This document shows positions 45,836 to 59,731 of a stretch of DNA of 64,000 bases, one piece after another. The notes under the pieces are model-generated. The model was not told where the DNA came from. It ran no database searches and saw nothing but the letters and a program-made list of their open reading frames with translations. The translations under genes and the position numbers were made by a program. Position 1 is the first letter of the stretch. Each line of letters begins with the position of its first letter. Source of the DNA: Blepharisma stoltei ATCC 30299 (lineage: Eukaryota > Protista > Ciliophora). The stretch spans positions 62,001 to 126,000 of the forward strand of contig CBFDEM010000012.1 in NCBI GenBank assembly GCA_965603825.1. Reading direction: 5' to 3'.

Positions 45836-47898
45836 TTAAATCTGTTTAATTTGCTTAACTTTTTGAAGTAGTGGAAGCCAATAAGGCTTATCATAAACTT
45901 CTTCAGCTTTTTCAACCTGTTCAATTAACTTTGCATAAATTTGTCCATTAGCTACTCCTAGCACTGATCCATGAATAGAATCTGGCGGTGCAATTGCATC
46001 GATCACTTTAATACTCACTTCAGCCAACTCTCCACACAATCTCACCACGCTCTCTCTTACTACTTTAGCTTGGTGAGCATTTATTGCACTATCTTGAAAC
46101 GAAGCAGAGTATTTTTGAATAATTCCAACACTAAAAAGCACAAAAAACTTCCTCAATACTTTTCCAGTTTTTTCACATTTTTCTTCTAATTCTTTTACAA
46201 ATTTCGCGAATTCATTCTCCATAAGTTTTCGCTAACTCTTGTATGTAAAAAACTTGTGATTTATTCCAGGCATCAAACATATCTTTGGAGTTTCCAGTAA
46301 CTTCTTGAAGCTTCATTAAACTTTGATGGAGAATATAATTCAATCTATACTCAATTAGCTCAAAACGGTATTTTCATTTTCAAGCTGCTCAGAATTTTCA
46401 AATTTCGCTTTAAATTGCATCACTTTTTCATGGTCTACTTGTATACACTTTAGTGTTGGGGCGTTAATTACGTGTCCTTTAAATGTTCTTTGAAATTGCT
46501 TAAGTATAAATTTTCCTGTTTGTTGAATCAATACTCCATTATCACCTTCCCATGCAACTCCTATATTCGCATTCATCATAATTCTCCCTATATTAGAATA
46601 CGCTGAATATCCTAATCCTCCAGTAGCTTCTCTGCAGTGCTTTAAACAAGAATTGGCATACCAAGTAGACACTCCTTTGCACGCAGAAAGAATTGCATGA
46701 AATTCTGAAACTTCCAGCCCTTCTGGATTTTCATCAATTTTTTGTTGGATAACCGGCAAATTTGTATTAAGCCATAGATATATAGACCTTATAGCCAACA
46801 CGTTGGCTAGATGTGGAATTAGTTTATATTGTTGTAACGGATAGTCTAATACCGCATTTTCGGCTTCAGTTGAGCTGAACTGTCTTCTGACAGCTGAAAA
46901 CCTCAAAGCTGCAATTAACCCAGTTTTCATATTCTGACCAGCTGCACAAACAACAGCGCTTCTCCCTCCAATAAGTCCAACCATCATAATTCCAAGCCTT
47001 TTTTCTTTATTTTTAATACTACTTTTGAATTTGCCATCTTCAGTGATTGAGCTGAATTTATCTAATAAAGAATCATAAGGGACTCTATAATTTTTGAATA
47101 GAATAAACCTATTATCAATTCCATCTAATCCAATTTTTTTCCCACAATCCCCTATTATAACGCCAGGAAGAGGATCATGAGTTTGACTATCACGAATCGG
47201 AACCACAAAAGCATTGATCCCTTTATCAGTACTATTAATAATCAATCTGGCAAATATAATTGACATGTTTGAGGTTTTACCTACCCCACCAATTCACTAT
47301 TTGCTGACGTGGAAGTTGGGGAGTTTATAATAAACTCTCTTGCAGAATGGTCATATATAGCAGTCGTTTCTAATTTTGCCACATTTGAGCCATGGCCAAG
47401 CTCTGTCATGCCAAAGCTGCCATAGTCTAATAAATGATAGGCTCTTTTAATAAACTCTATATGCTTAGAAGTCCCTAAACTTTCTACTGCATTTATATAT
47501 AAAACTAAATGGATTAAAAGCCTAGTACCAACACCAATATCATAATCGCCTATCGCATAAAGAAGATCATATTTTCTGAATGGAAATTCTTTGCAAAGCT
47601 CATAGGACAAATTCGCTTTAAAATAAATGCTTGCAATTTGCTGGAAAACCCTTTCTCGTTTTTTACTTCGAGAAAACTCAGCCTCTTCATGATGATTAAA
47701 AACTGGATCACAGGCCATATGGCTCCAGAAAGCCATTACGAGCACATAGGATGCTCCTATAAAGTGACGTAATAAAATTTCTTTGCTTATTTCGGTGCCT
47801 TTTTTTCGATAATTATCTAAAGACTCATCATAAGGAATAGGTGGGAACTGGGAAGATAATTGGCTATTTATGAGGTTTAACCTTTTACTTCCAGACAT
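45836..47898 (-). pseudogene. Acyl-CoA oxidase copy 3, disrupted
   Basis: 1-nt deletion plus TAG at KWWIG (~47298), 1-nt deletion ~46362, and 14-nt deletion in GEYIMMRE (~46214) relative to copy 2. Confidence 0.88.
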
Positions 47899-48123
47899 TT
47901 TTTTATAAGCGTTTTTTTGAATGAAATTATAAAAAAAGCCATATATATAAGCAAAAATCCTTTTTTAATAAGATGAATTTTTGACGCTCTTAAAATTTTG
48001 ATTTTATTTAAAATACATTCAAATTGTAATTATGATTTTCGACTGTAGAAAAATCAATTCTTTTGAGATTATTGCCTAGACTATCTTATTACAAAATTTA
48101 AGAATATAACTACAATAATTTCA

Positions 48124-49179
48124 TTATCTTGGGGATGAATTTTCTTTTCTTGAGGATTTTCGCTGCGAAAACCCTGCCTGGACAACTTTAAATATAGGAT
48201 CATAGCCATTGCTAAATGCATTATGACTGAACGCAGATACTTTTACCCCAGGGGTTTCTGACCTTCTCCCTGCAGGAATTGGTGTTTTTACAGCCCTTTC
48301 AGCTGGTGTCGATAACCTTTGCTTTGGATGAAAAATTCATTTCGGTGGAGATTCATAATCATTTACCTCTCCTACAAAAAAGTTCTTCGTCGAAATAGAC
48401 TCTGGCTTTGACCTTAATCTATATCTATACAAATGTCTTTCTACTTCTGACTGGATATTCCCAATTTCCTGCTTGATTTCTTCACACCTTGAAGTTTTTT
48501 TTTCGTGCTCCTTTAAAAATTCTTTCAAAAAGTCATCACTGATTTTATCTGGACATACACAATATACACTATTACAATTTTTGCATTTTGCCATCCTTTT
48601 TTCGATGCTCAATTTGGTAATAAAATCTTTATATTGATACCCCAATATAGATCGATCAGAATTAGACCGCTTTCTTTTAGTTGGGGATACTGATCTTGAC
48701 GATCTTAGCTGCATATTTTTCTTTCTAGGGGCTTCTCCTAAGTTTTGATAAGCTGAAACTAGTTGTTTGAACTCCACAAGCTCTTTAGTCAGCTTTATTT
48801 TGGGGAAAACAGAAACCCTGAACAGGCTGGATTTTTCATCTTCGACCAAATTTTTTGAACATTCTTTATATATTTCTTCAAGCCTTTTGTCAGGGCTTCA
48901 AGATATTTTTTTATCTGGGCTTTTGAATTCTTCTTGGAGTAGGTCGCTATTGTCCTCTGGTGATCATTTTCACTCTTCTTTGGGCTTTTCTAATATGGAC
49001 TCTTCATTAACTTCAAATGAAGCAGGATTATCAGGAGTTTGAATGGATGCATCTTGTGTGATATTTTGCAGCTCATTGCTGTCGAAATTAGGAGAAGCAA
49101 AAATACTTGGTGTTGGCCAAGCTTTTTTTAGCTTTCGATGGGAAATTCCTTTGATACCAAAATGAGCTTTTTCTGTCAT
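48124..49179 (-). CDS. Hypothetical basic protein with a CxxCxxxxCxC cluster (~351 aa)
   Basis: ORFs 48970..49179 and 48337..48849 join and extend to TAA 48124 through four TGA. Confidence 0.72.
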
Positions 49180-49220
49180 ACTTAAAAAATATTGAAAAAT
49201 AGATAATTCTATAAGAAATT

Positions 49221-49520
49221 TTAGTTTAAGATTCCTACCAATTCAGTGTCTTTGTATATATAAAGCTTTTCTTCGTTAACAAAGACGACTTGTCCGCCGT
49301 AGCTCGGAAGAAGCACAGTTTGCCCCTCGTTTACAAGGCATTGTCTTAGTTGTCCATCCACATTTTTTATCCCAGGCCCTATTGCTAACACTTTCCCCAT
49401 AACAAGATCTTGCTCTTTAGTATCAGGAAGGAAAATTCCTCCAGCAGTTTTTTTAGGTGCCTCTAGCTTCTGTATAAGAACTCTATTGAGCAATGGAACT
49501 ACACGTTTGATGCCTGCCAT
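49221..49520 (-). CDS. HSP10: 10-kDa chaperonin (GroES family)
   Basis: PLLNRVLIQK, KTAGGIFLPD, VLAIGPG, LLPSYGG. Confidence 0.95.
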   Translation of the reverse strand: MAGIKRVVPLLNRVLIQKLEAPKKTAGGIFLPDTKEQDLVMGKVLAIGPGIKNVDGQLRQCLVNEGQTVLLPSYGGQVVFVNEEKLYIYKDTELVGILN

Positions 49521-49555
49521 ATTATTATTCCTTACAATTTAGCACTAAATTTACA

Positions 49556-51244
49556 TTAATTATCCATAACTGAGTTTCTTTTGCTAATGTATCGCTGCAC
49601 CTGGTCTCTTCTGTACCTTTGGTTGATTAATTGCTGGAATGCTTCTACCCAGACATCTCTAGGGACAATATTTTCTTTGACTAGTTCTAGATCAAGGCTC
49701 CTATCATTAGAAATCAAAGAAAAGCTGAGCTCTTCTTTTTCTGGGTGCTTAAATCTGTTAAAACAAGGCGAATTTCGTCCTTTTTGGATAGATCTTATGC
49801 TGACTGCAGCCATTGACCCTGATGGCTTTATCTTATTAAGGTTCCTTCATTCGATATACCGAAGATCAGCTGTCAAAACTACATGCTTTAAATGAGGCTT
49901 CCCATGTCTTCCATACTTCAAAAAAATTCCACCTTTGGTTAATAAATTTACCAGCCCTTCAGTTTTGCCTAAAGACGCTAAAATTGTATAAGTCCGGTGT
50001 CTTTCGTCATGGATGTTCATTTCTAGGGCTTCAGATTCTGTAATACTAATAACGCTTTCTTTGTCTGACTCTTTAGGAGTTTCTTGTTTTTGCTCTTCAT
50101 CAAGAGCATCAAAATCATAATCCCACGAAACAGTTGACTTAGAAACGTCGATTTCTTCTGAAAGCTGACTGATTTCTTGGGAAACTTCTTGTTCTTCACT
50201 TCCTTCCATGATATTTGAAATATCAGGCTCTTGAACTGCCATTTCTCCTAGAGTAAAAAAATGTGTTTTCCTATGTTTCCTCATAACTGGCAGCGCTGGA
50301 GACAGATCAGGAGAGTCAATTCTTTCAGGCAAAGCTCCATTATTTACTAATACAATTTCTTTTAGCCCAGCTATATTTTTGCAGACGGCCTTCCATATTT
50401 TATAATCCCCAGCTGTGAGTGGAAATATTACCACAGCCCTTTCCATTTCTTCATATTTATATACCACTTTAATATCCCCGTTATCTTGGTCAATTATTTC
50501 TACCACATGGTCAAGCGTCAAGCTGAACATTGGCTCAATTTCTTTTGCACTATAAAAAGCATTGAGTTCTTCATAGTCAATTACGACGTATTTTCTTGAG
50601 TATATGATCGCTTCATCTGAATATGCACTTGAGGCAAATTTTACATAGCTTCTATAAGAAGTTTTGTGTTCTATTAACTGTTCTTCTGTTGGGTTTATAG
50701 TAGTTTTTTGCCGCTTTATTAAGCTTGCCTTTTGTTTTTCTATGAATTCTTCTTCTAAAGCTTGCAGCTCAGCACGGGCTTCTCCTATTTCAGGATTTGT
50801 AGAGGAGATTTCTAGCTGAATCGATAAGGGATTTTTAGGGAAAATGTCAGAGTTTTCTGTTTGTAAAGAGTCGTTACTGTCAGTAAAGCTTGATTCGCTC
50901 GCTATTTCAGGGTTACTATTCAAATCTGCCGCAAAATCAGCTATTTGTGGAGAATCACGCATAGTGCTTTCTCTGCGGAGATCTTTAAGCTCTTTGAATT
51001 TATTTGAAAAAAGCATATCGACTCGTTCGCAGACAAAGTGTTTTAAATGTTTTGACTGTAAAAAGGAAGTGATCCTTTCTTTTTTGCATTTTGAGATGGT
51101 GTCTTTTAATTCTTTAACTTTTTTTATGATATCTTCACGGGTCAAAAAAAGTGGAAGTTTGGCAACATAAAGAGATTGAGTTGGAGAAATCGGCTGGGAA
51201 GGATTTTGGCTGTTAGAAGAGCTTGAGATAAGTTCAGTTGACAT
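49556..51244 (-). CDS. PH-domain protein (C-terminal PLC/PRAF-like PH, probable central PH)
   Basis: FLKYGRHGKPH...YIE[TGA 49847]...SFSLISNDRSLDL...VWVEAF. Confidence 0.82.
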
Positions 51245-51317
51245 TTATCCTTCTAAAGAATACAATATTTAGTATTAGAAAATATAGTTATTATTAAAGA
51301 CTGATTTTACAATAATT

Positions 51318-54300
51318 TTAAATTATTTTATTACTTAAATCCTTGAAAATAGAATTTTTGGACAGCAACTCTTGGGGAGACCCGATTTCTGCAGCAATTC
51401 CATCTTGCATAACTATGATAAGATCGCTTTCCATAACAGTACCTAGCCTATGTGCAATTGTCAGTATTGTACATCTCTCGAACCTATTTTTAATTAATTC
51501 TTGGATTTTCATGTCAGAGTCTTGATCAATCCCTGCAGTCGCTTCGTCGAAAAGAATAATTTTTGTATTAGCTAGCATTGCCCTTCCTAAACTTAATAAC
51601 TGTCTTTCGCCAGCTGATAAATTAGAGCCATTTTCTTTTATTTGGTAATCAATAGGATATCTTGACAGGTTTACTTCTTCTAACGTATTTTTTATTTGCT
51701 TTTGGCTTTTTGTGTGGCAAGGATCCAAATTATTTTCAAAATTTCCATTAAATACAAGAGGGTCCTGAGGGACTAATGTAATAGCTGATCGGAGCTTGTG
51801 CAATCCGATATTAGCAATGTTTACTCCGTCTATTAGAATTGAGCCAGAAAAAAGCTCAACTATTCTTAATAAGCAAAGATAAATTGTGGATTTCCCACTG
51901 CCTGTCCTACCTACAATTCCTATCCTTTTGCCGGCTTCTATATAAAAATTGACTCCTTTGAGTATCATTTGTGTGCTGGGCCTATACTTCATTTTCACCT
52001 CTTTAAATTCTATAGTTGGCAACTCAGGCCAGTTTTGTAAATTTTTGTCAGTTGGCAATTCTTCTGGATTTTCTTGAATTATGCTCATATATTGTCTAGC
52101 CCTTTCTACTGATATCATTGTATTTTCGTTGAGAGATAGATCGACAACAACGTAAGCGACATATAATGGAAGCGGTCCAACATATGTAAGAGCAAGCCCT
52201 ACCATACCAAGAGAAACATCATCTCGGAAGATAATAACAGCTATATATAGCAAGCAAAGCAATGAAGAACTCAATAACTCCATATTTGTCATAAGTCAGC
52301 ACTTGCAAGCTGCTATTGAATAGAGTAGCCTAATATTATTATCAACCAATTTTGAATTTTTTCTATGAAAATTTTCTGTCTGTTTAAAAGTCCTAATAAT
52401 TTTCAGTCCTGACAAAGTTTCAGTAAAATGGTTCAAAATAGGTGACATAGAAATTGCCTCAAGCCTTGTTAGCTCCCTTGATGCCCCTAAGTACAGCCTT
52501 TGGATTTTTAGTGATAAATAAAATAGCACAGGTAAAGCAATTGATATAACTGGGAAATAAATCGCAGCCATAATTACCATTGAAGAAATTTGGAAAGCTT
52601 TATTAGTTATGCTAGAAAGCGATTTTGAGACCATTTCGTCTATTGCGTTCAAGTCTTTACTAAGCCTATTAAGGAGTCTTCCTATAGGAGTAACGTCATA
52701 AAAAAGATTTACAGGAGCTCTGACGAAGACTTCGATTAATTTTGTGTGGATGTATCTAGATGCATTGATACCAAGGACTGCAAGAATAAAAAAAGCTCTA
52801 AAAAATATAAAAATATTTCCACCCACTCTTAAGGATAAATATATGGGGAGATAGAAGCGTATATCGTCTGGGTTATCACTTCATTGTTTTAGGATTATAT
52901 CACCTGACATTTTTGCAATTGTGTAGAGCAGCATCATTAGCAAACTGAGAGTTAGCGCTGCAAAACCGCCTGAGAATTTAAAATAATCCATTATTACTTT
53001 TCAATCGACTTTCCCTGTTTCTTTTTCTTCATCTTGAATTAATTTTGGCTGAGAACTGGAAATTTCTTCAATTTGAGGTTCCTGACTTACTATCAAATTT
53101 TCAGATATTTTAAATGCTTCAGGAGATGACTCTTTAGAAATTTTTCCATTTTCAAGGACAATAATTTTATCGACCTTATTCAAAATATTCAGCCTATGAG
53201 TTACCAATACTCTCGTCTTTTTTGCCAAAAGCTTCAAAAAACACTTATTCATTATATGCTCAGCCACAAAAGTATCAACCGAACTTAATGGATCATCTAA
53301 CAAATAAACATCCTTATCTGCATAAACAGCCCTTGCAAGGCAAATTCTTGCTTTTTGGCCTCCGCTTAAATTGATTCCTCTTTCTCCTATTTCAGTAAAG
53401 TCTTTATTTAGCAAGGAATTTATATCCTGAATTAAGCAGCAAGCTTCAATGACTTTTAAATATCACTTTTCAACATATGGCTTTCCAAATAAAATGTTAT
53501 TTCTTAATGTATCATTTTGTATCCAAGAATCTAGAGAAGGTGCATACGCAATTTCACTTGTTACACAAATATTTCCTTTGAGAATATTAAGCTCTCCCAT
53601 AATGCTTGCTAACAGTGAGGATTTTCCACATCCAACTGGCCCAATAACAGCCAAAAATTCTCCGTTTTTTATATTAAGATTAATATCATGTAATACAGCC
53701 TTGTCTTTATAAGCAAATGTGCAGTTCTTTATTTCGATGCATTCTGAAGATGGGAGGCTTTCTAGGTCAGGAATATCAAGGAATCCCTGGATTCTTTTTA
53801 TACTTACAAGACAGCCCATAAGCTGTGCTGCTAATCATGGCAAATCCTGAAGAGACTCTTGCAAAATAGTCACAGTCGCTAAACTGACAAATGCTTTTTC
53901 TGAAGTAAGTGGCATATTCATTACTAATGTATAATATAAAAACACTGAAGCCACTGTTATGCTTGGGATAGCTCAAAAAAAGAAAATTCATACTGATGAC
54001 AATATCATGATAAATCTCAGCTCCTTTAGCTCTTTTTTTCGGATATTATCTACATTATTTTTGAAAAAATTTTCCCAGACATAAGCTTTGACCATTTTTA
54101 TATTAGTCAGCATTTGTGAAGATGCATCTATTCTCTGGTCACGGATTTTCATAAGCTGTTCACTGCATTTCCTCACTTTTTTATTAATAAAATAGTTCAT
54201 TGTAAAACATACAGTAAGAACCCCAATTGCAGCATATACCGCATCTCCTACTTGCATGTAAATTAAAAAAATAGAAAAAAATCCTTGAATTGGACAGGAA

Positions 54301-54905
54301 ATGAGATTACTGAAATTTCTAAAGCTCTGATCTATTTTTTTGACATCAACTTGTATAATGTTGACGCCTAATCCACTTGGGATGCTTGTGGCTTTTAAAA
54401 TTTTGCAGTAAACAATATTAGATAAAGAAGTTCTCACTCGTCTTTCTATTTGCAGCTTTATTCATTCATATTTTCCGGTTAGTATTGGATTTAACATAGT
54501 TATTGTTGAAAAAATGATAGCCAAATATATACCTCATGATAAAGGCTTGTCACTTGTATTTAGATAGGCCATGAGCAATTTCATGAAAAAAGGTGACGAA
54601 AAATCTAAAAGGGCAATAACATTACCAAGAAGAACAGCTGATATTACAACCTTTAAATTTGCTAAAAATAGTGCTTTGAATAATTTGTGCCTGCTTAAGT
54701 AAAATGTTAATTTTTCATTTTCTGTAGATTCATCTTCAGGTAATTCATAGCAATCATCAATACTTACTTTAGATTTTTTGCCTATATTTAGGATTTCTCC
54801 TACTCAAGAAAATAAAAGCCTAGAGAAAAATGACGGACGAGATCGGGAAAGAGGATAGTAAGATTGGGGTCTTGGTGGCTCTTTGCCTCAAAGTTGTAAT
54901 TCCAT
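51318..54905 (-). CDS. ABCC/MRP-type full ABC transporter (~1195 aa)
   Basis: One frame via 11 TGA: FSRLLFS[W], GPVGCGKS, GERGINLSGGQ, TPIGRLLNRLSKD, GRTGSGKS, LSAGERQ, DEATA, IAHRL. Confidence 0.93.
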
Positions 54906-55070
54906 TTTAAACTGTATCGATATATGATATAAGTTCTATCTGGGAGTTATATAAATATTACTTATATAAGAAATTTTATGAGTTCGTCAAGAATCCAGTT
55001 ATAAATTACCACAAAATCATAAGCTAATCTACTCATTAATTCAGTATCTCTTATAAATTACCATCTCCGT

Positions 55071-56012
55071 CTATATGTGGAATAAGCAGAGATGCGACTT
55101 GAACATCATTTTTTCACTCAATGTTCTCGGTCTTCTTATATGCCTTTCCCTCTTAAAAATTTTAACAGGAGTTTCCGCTTTCTTTGGCCTCCTCACAACT
55201 TCCTCTTCCTCATCACTTAAGTTAATCAAAATATTATTCGTCCCATCCTCATCCACCAGCTCTGAATCTGACTCAATCCCCAGCAAACTGCTTGCAAACA
55301 GCGAAGAATCATCATCAGCTTTTAGTACTGGTGACATCGGTATAATGGAAGGCCCATCCACAAACATGCTTTTTCTCAATGCAAAAGAGTTGATCATAAA
55401 TGACATCTTGCTCCTGTCATTTTCGAAATCTCCTAAAAAGTTATTAAATTCTTCATTGTCCTCATTGGCTTCATGCACAATATGCTGAAATTTTTGCAAG
55501 GCTTGTTCTTGGTTCTGAAAAACTTTTTTCAATTCTGCAATTTGGGCTTTTAAAGCTTGGACTGTATTGGACTCGCTTTTTGAACTATCATTGCTTACTA
55601 TAGAAAAATTCTGCTCTGAAATGCTGGCAGAAGCATGGGTGCTTGCAGTGCGCTTTTGTGAGGACTGAAGCTGGTTGATATCTTTTTCCATGGCTTCGAT
55701 TTTTTGTTTGGCTGATTCATTTTCAGATAAAAATGATTCACTTTCTTGCTCAAGACTGAATAAATTTTACTTTTCAAGTTCTTTTTGATGGAGGAGTTTT
55801 TTCTGCTTTAGAGATTCAACGTATTCGTTGGCTTTGGAGAGTTTGATAGAAACTTCATCCATGGCATTTTCGTATTCGATGAGATTTTCAGGCTTCTCGA
55901 GGCCATAGTTGTCATAGAGACTGTCGCGACTGTCTTGACTAGACAAAGACTCTTTATTTTCTAGGTCATTTTCGATGTTTGGTTCAGGACAATTTTCGAT
56001 AGCTTGTGACAT
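55071..56012 (-). CDS. Coiled-coil protein; intron 55756-55770
   Basis: 15-nt gtaaaatttattcag removes an in-frame TAA and joins ORFs 55767..56012 and 55071..55691. Confidence 0.8.
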
Positions 56013-56601
56013 TTGTTAATGTTTATATAAATGTTGTTTTGGATTTTCACTGAATATTATTATGTAGGGAAAATTAAATAAAGCTAGCTAGGAAATTAAT
56101 TTTGAGACGAAGATAGGGATTGGTAGCATTTATAGCAGGGTTTTGAGGGATAAATAAAGAATGGTGACATAAATGAATCTTCATTGACGGATTTTAGTGG
56201 ATAATAATTTTCCTATTTTTTATTCTTAAATATACATGATGTGTAGCTTAAAACAGCTAGGATTTATTGTATAGGTTTAAATTTATTCTTTCTTAAAGAT
56301 TTTGCTGGTCTATCATGTATGAGACTTAACTATTTTTATCAAAAATGTTGCATTATGAAAAGGTTAGCAAAATCCCTGCCTTAGAAAATATTTAATTTAA
56401 TATTCCTTGAAAATATCATATTATGATAAAAAATTTTCAAGTAAGCTAATAAGAGGCTTCTATCTATTTTTACGATTTCACTCAACATCATAAATAATCT
56501 CTCTCTATCCCCTCAAATTACTATAAAAGTTATAAAATTAAAAAACGCGGTTTCTATTAGACTATGACTAAGATACTATTAAATTAATCCGATTATTCTT
56601 C

Positions 56602-58674
56602 TTATACTTGTCGACATATAAGACTCTTCATATTCCTTATTTGTGAGCTGATTCCTTGTCTATCATCTTCATCAAGATTAAACTCAGACAGCGTGCTATC
56701 AAACAAATCGCAATAGCAATCAAACTCCATCCCCAAAATCCCTTTAATAGCATGCGCTGCCCTCAGCTGTCTCCTAAATTCCAAATTAACTTTCCCATTC
56801 AGGATTCTAAACATCCCCACCACAATCTGTTCGAAGCTTTCTAGCTTCGAATTTTTGAAGTGTTTGTTTAATATTTCACTTGCTAATACTTTTTTGTACA
56901 ACGATATAATAAACTTGTTTCAGAAGTCGATCCCTCCGTATTTATCAATGATATCTTGCTCTTTTATTTTCGCTATTTTTACGTTGAGAGCCATTTCGTC
57001 GAAGTTGTCGACGGTTTCTGTGAAAACTTTTCGTGAGTAGACGAGTCGCTTGTCGTCGTTCATAAGGCGGTCTAAATGAGTTGTGGAACGGGATTGGATA
57101 AGACGGGGAGAAACAGGACATGGAGTGAGCGGCTCTCGTAGCGGACATTTGACGAAGTTGTAACTGTTGAGGTAGTCTTGGATGCTTTCTTCTTTATTTA
57201 GAGGGCTGAGCCTTGTAGGGGATTTTTGAGCATTAAGTCTGTCTATTTTTGCGTTAACTTTATTGAGGCGCTCCATTAGGTCTTTTTCTGATACAGGGTC
57301 GTGGTCGATTTTCTTAGGCTTTGTCCTTATTTTGAAAGGGCATGGTAAACGGGAGTCTTCTTCTTTTATTTCACACAAAGGTGAGTCATTGACACAAGAT
57401 TCCTGACGTCTAAGCTCAGAATCATTACTGTGGATGCTTGATTCTGACCTTTCATATAGATCAGGAGTCCTGGATTTATCCATCACTGCTTTTCTCCTAT
57501 TCTTTTCATGGTCTGCAGGCACCATATAGTCAACAAAATGCTCTTTGCATTCTAACAGAAACCAATTATTGTTCTTGTCCTTAATAAAATCAAGGACAAG
57601 CCCTTTAAGTCCATGATGTTTAAATACTTCCCAATTCAAAAACTCCACAATTTGGTCTACCATCAGCTCAATTTCTGCGATTTTTGCGTAGCTTTCCATC
57701 GCATAGCAGCTCTCCACATCTTTTGTAAAAACAATGTACTCTTTATTATGGTCTTCAGGACCTGAAGTATCTGTTGAGGACGTAGGAGGTTCATATGCAT
57801 CATAATTTTGTGTATATTTTGCTACAGCTGATGTGAATGATTTTTTGAAATTTGATTCTTCGCCACTGCTGTGTTGAGAATGGTCGATCATTGTGAGATT
57901 TTTTTTACTCCCAGGCGTTTTTGAGTTTGGCCTGAATGGGCAATTTGCTGATTGAGATACAGGGTTCATCATCCCAGCATTCTTGAAATCTGTTATCTTT
58001 CCTCGCTTGAAGGTCAGACCTGGAATCATGGTCACGCTTTTCTTAAGTCTTCTTGATACCTTTTTGCGGTTTGTGATAGTAAAATACTTGTTTTTCATGC
58101 CTTTCCTCCACAAAACTCTTGTAATTGTGGCAGGATTGGTCTTGCTTTGGATAAAATACTGCAAAACTGCATGGTCTTCTGAGGAATTTCATAGTTTTTC
58201 TGCAATGTCAGCTGAAAAAATAGCAATCGCATCTTTGCCTGGGATTTTATAGCAAAAGGTAGGGAAGTCTGTGTCGTTTTTGACTGTTGTGAGACTCATG
58301 AATTCTTCAAAGGTGCTTTCTTTTGATTGGACAATTTTTTCTCTTTTAGTTTGTATCATGTATAGCTCAGGGAGATGTTCGATTCTGACAAGACTTGTGG
58401 GGATATTCAAACTTAGCTTGGCAGAGTTTGCGTATTTTGCAAGCAGACTGAAGAGACTGATTTCCTGATGTTGGGAGGTCTTGGGAAGAAGATTGTTCAG
58501 CTTGGTAATCATGGTGTTTGTTGTGAAATCAGAGGTGGCACAGCTCAAAAGGGGTTTTTTAGAAGATTCTGATAGCATGGTCCTTAAATCTTCAGCAAAA
58601 TGAATGTACTCGTTCTTCTCGGTCTCATTCTGATGAATGTCATTCAGGTGCTCTAAAATCTTAGGGAGATCCAT
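56602..58674 (-). CDS. 690-aa protein: divergent ATP-grasp-like region plus C-terminal group I truncated haemoglobin domain
   Basis: Three ORFs join via TGA 58189 and 56920. C-terminus KYGG..F[W]...LYKKVLAS..LNKHF...LRAAH..KGI...EFD; central VLQYFI and LVLDFIKDKNNNWFLLEC. Confidence 0.8.
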
Positions 58675-59731
58675 TTGTGTATATTATTAAAAGTTAATTA
58701 TTGTATGCCGTAATAAGATATAGCGACAAGTAAGTTTAATATGTACAGTATTTACTACAAAATTCAGATTTTTTGAATTATGTGGAGATGCATGCATATC
58801 AACAATTAAAATTCAGCATGGCCATAATTATGATATAAAAGTGATAATAATATTGTGAAAACTTAAATCGAAAATTCTAAGAACATAATTGCACTGAAAA
58901 TAGAAAATGATTTATATAAAGCTTATAAAATAATCTAAATTGTTGCGTGCAAGCAAGTTAATTCAGCTAATCCAGTAGATAAAATGGCTGGATTATGTAA
59001 TAGATTTAAGATGGAAAGTTTTGCGGCAAAGGTGACGAAGAATTGCTGATTAAGATTATAAATAGTTTACCATAAATAAAATTTCTATTTTATTAATATT
59101 CAATGTGATTAAAATACCCTTTAAAAAGTAATTTAGATACCAAACTCACTATTTTGGCTCACATAATTTTTGGGATTATATAAGGAACTCAAGATATATG
59201 ATTAGCTCAATGCTAAGGAGATACTTCGCACCATTGCTCACCAATGCCATTGGTAAAAATATCTCTTCTGGTGCAGCAGCTTTTTTAAATCCATTGCTAA
59301 AAGCCATAATTTAATTAGTCTAAGCTCAAGTCTGTATTTCAAATATTCTGTTAATCAAATATATCAATTTCTTAAGAGTTGAAAAAGTCATTTGGCACAA
59401 AGGCTTATCAAAATGAGTTTCTTACATACTTTCTTCTTTTTATAAGCGAGATACCCAGAATAAATGGTCTTATAAAAACTAATTAATAATTAATTTTAAG
59501 AGGTGTCAAATATAATATAACAATAGATATGTATATTCTTTGCCTATAATAATGCTTATATCAGTATTGCTCTGTAAACTCGAAATAAATAAAAATAGGT
59601 ATAGTGCGATAAGTGAAAATGAATAAATGCATTTAATCGAAAACTTTTTGATGAGATAGAATTGAAGAGATATAGGCTCTCTAAACATTATTTAGCATAA
59701 TTTTATAGATGGCTAAGCTGCTTAGTTAATT

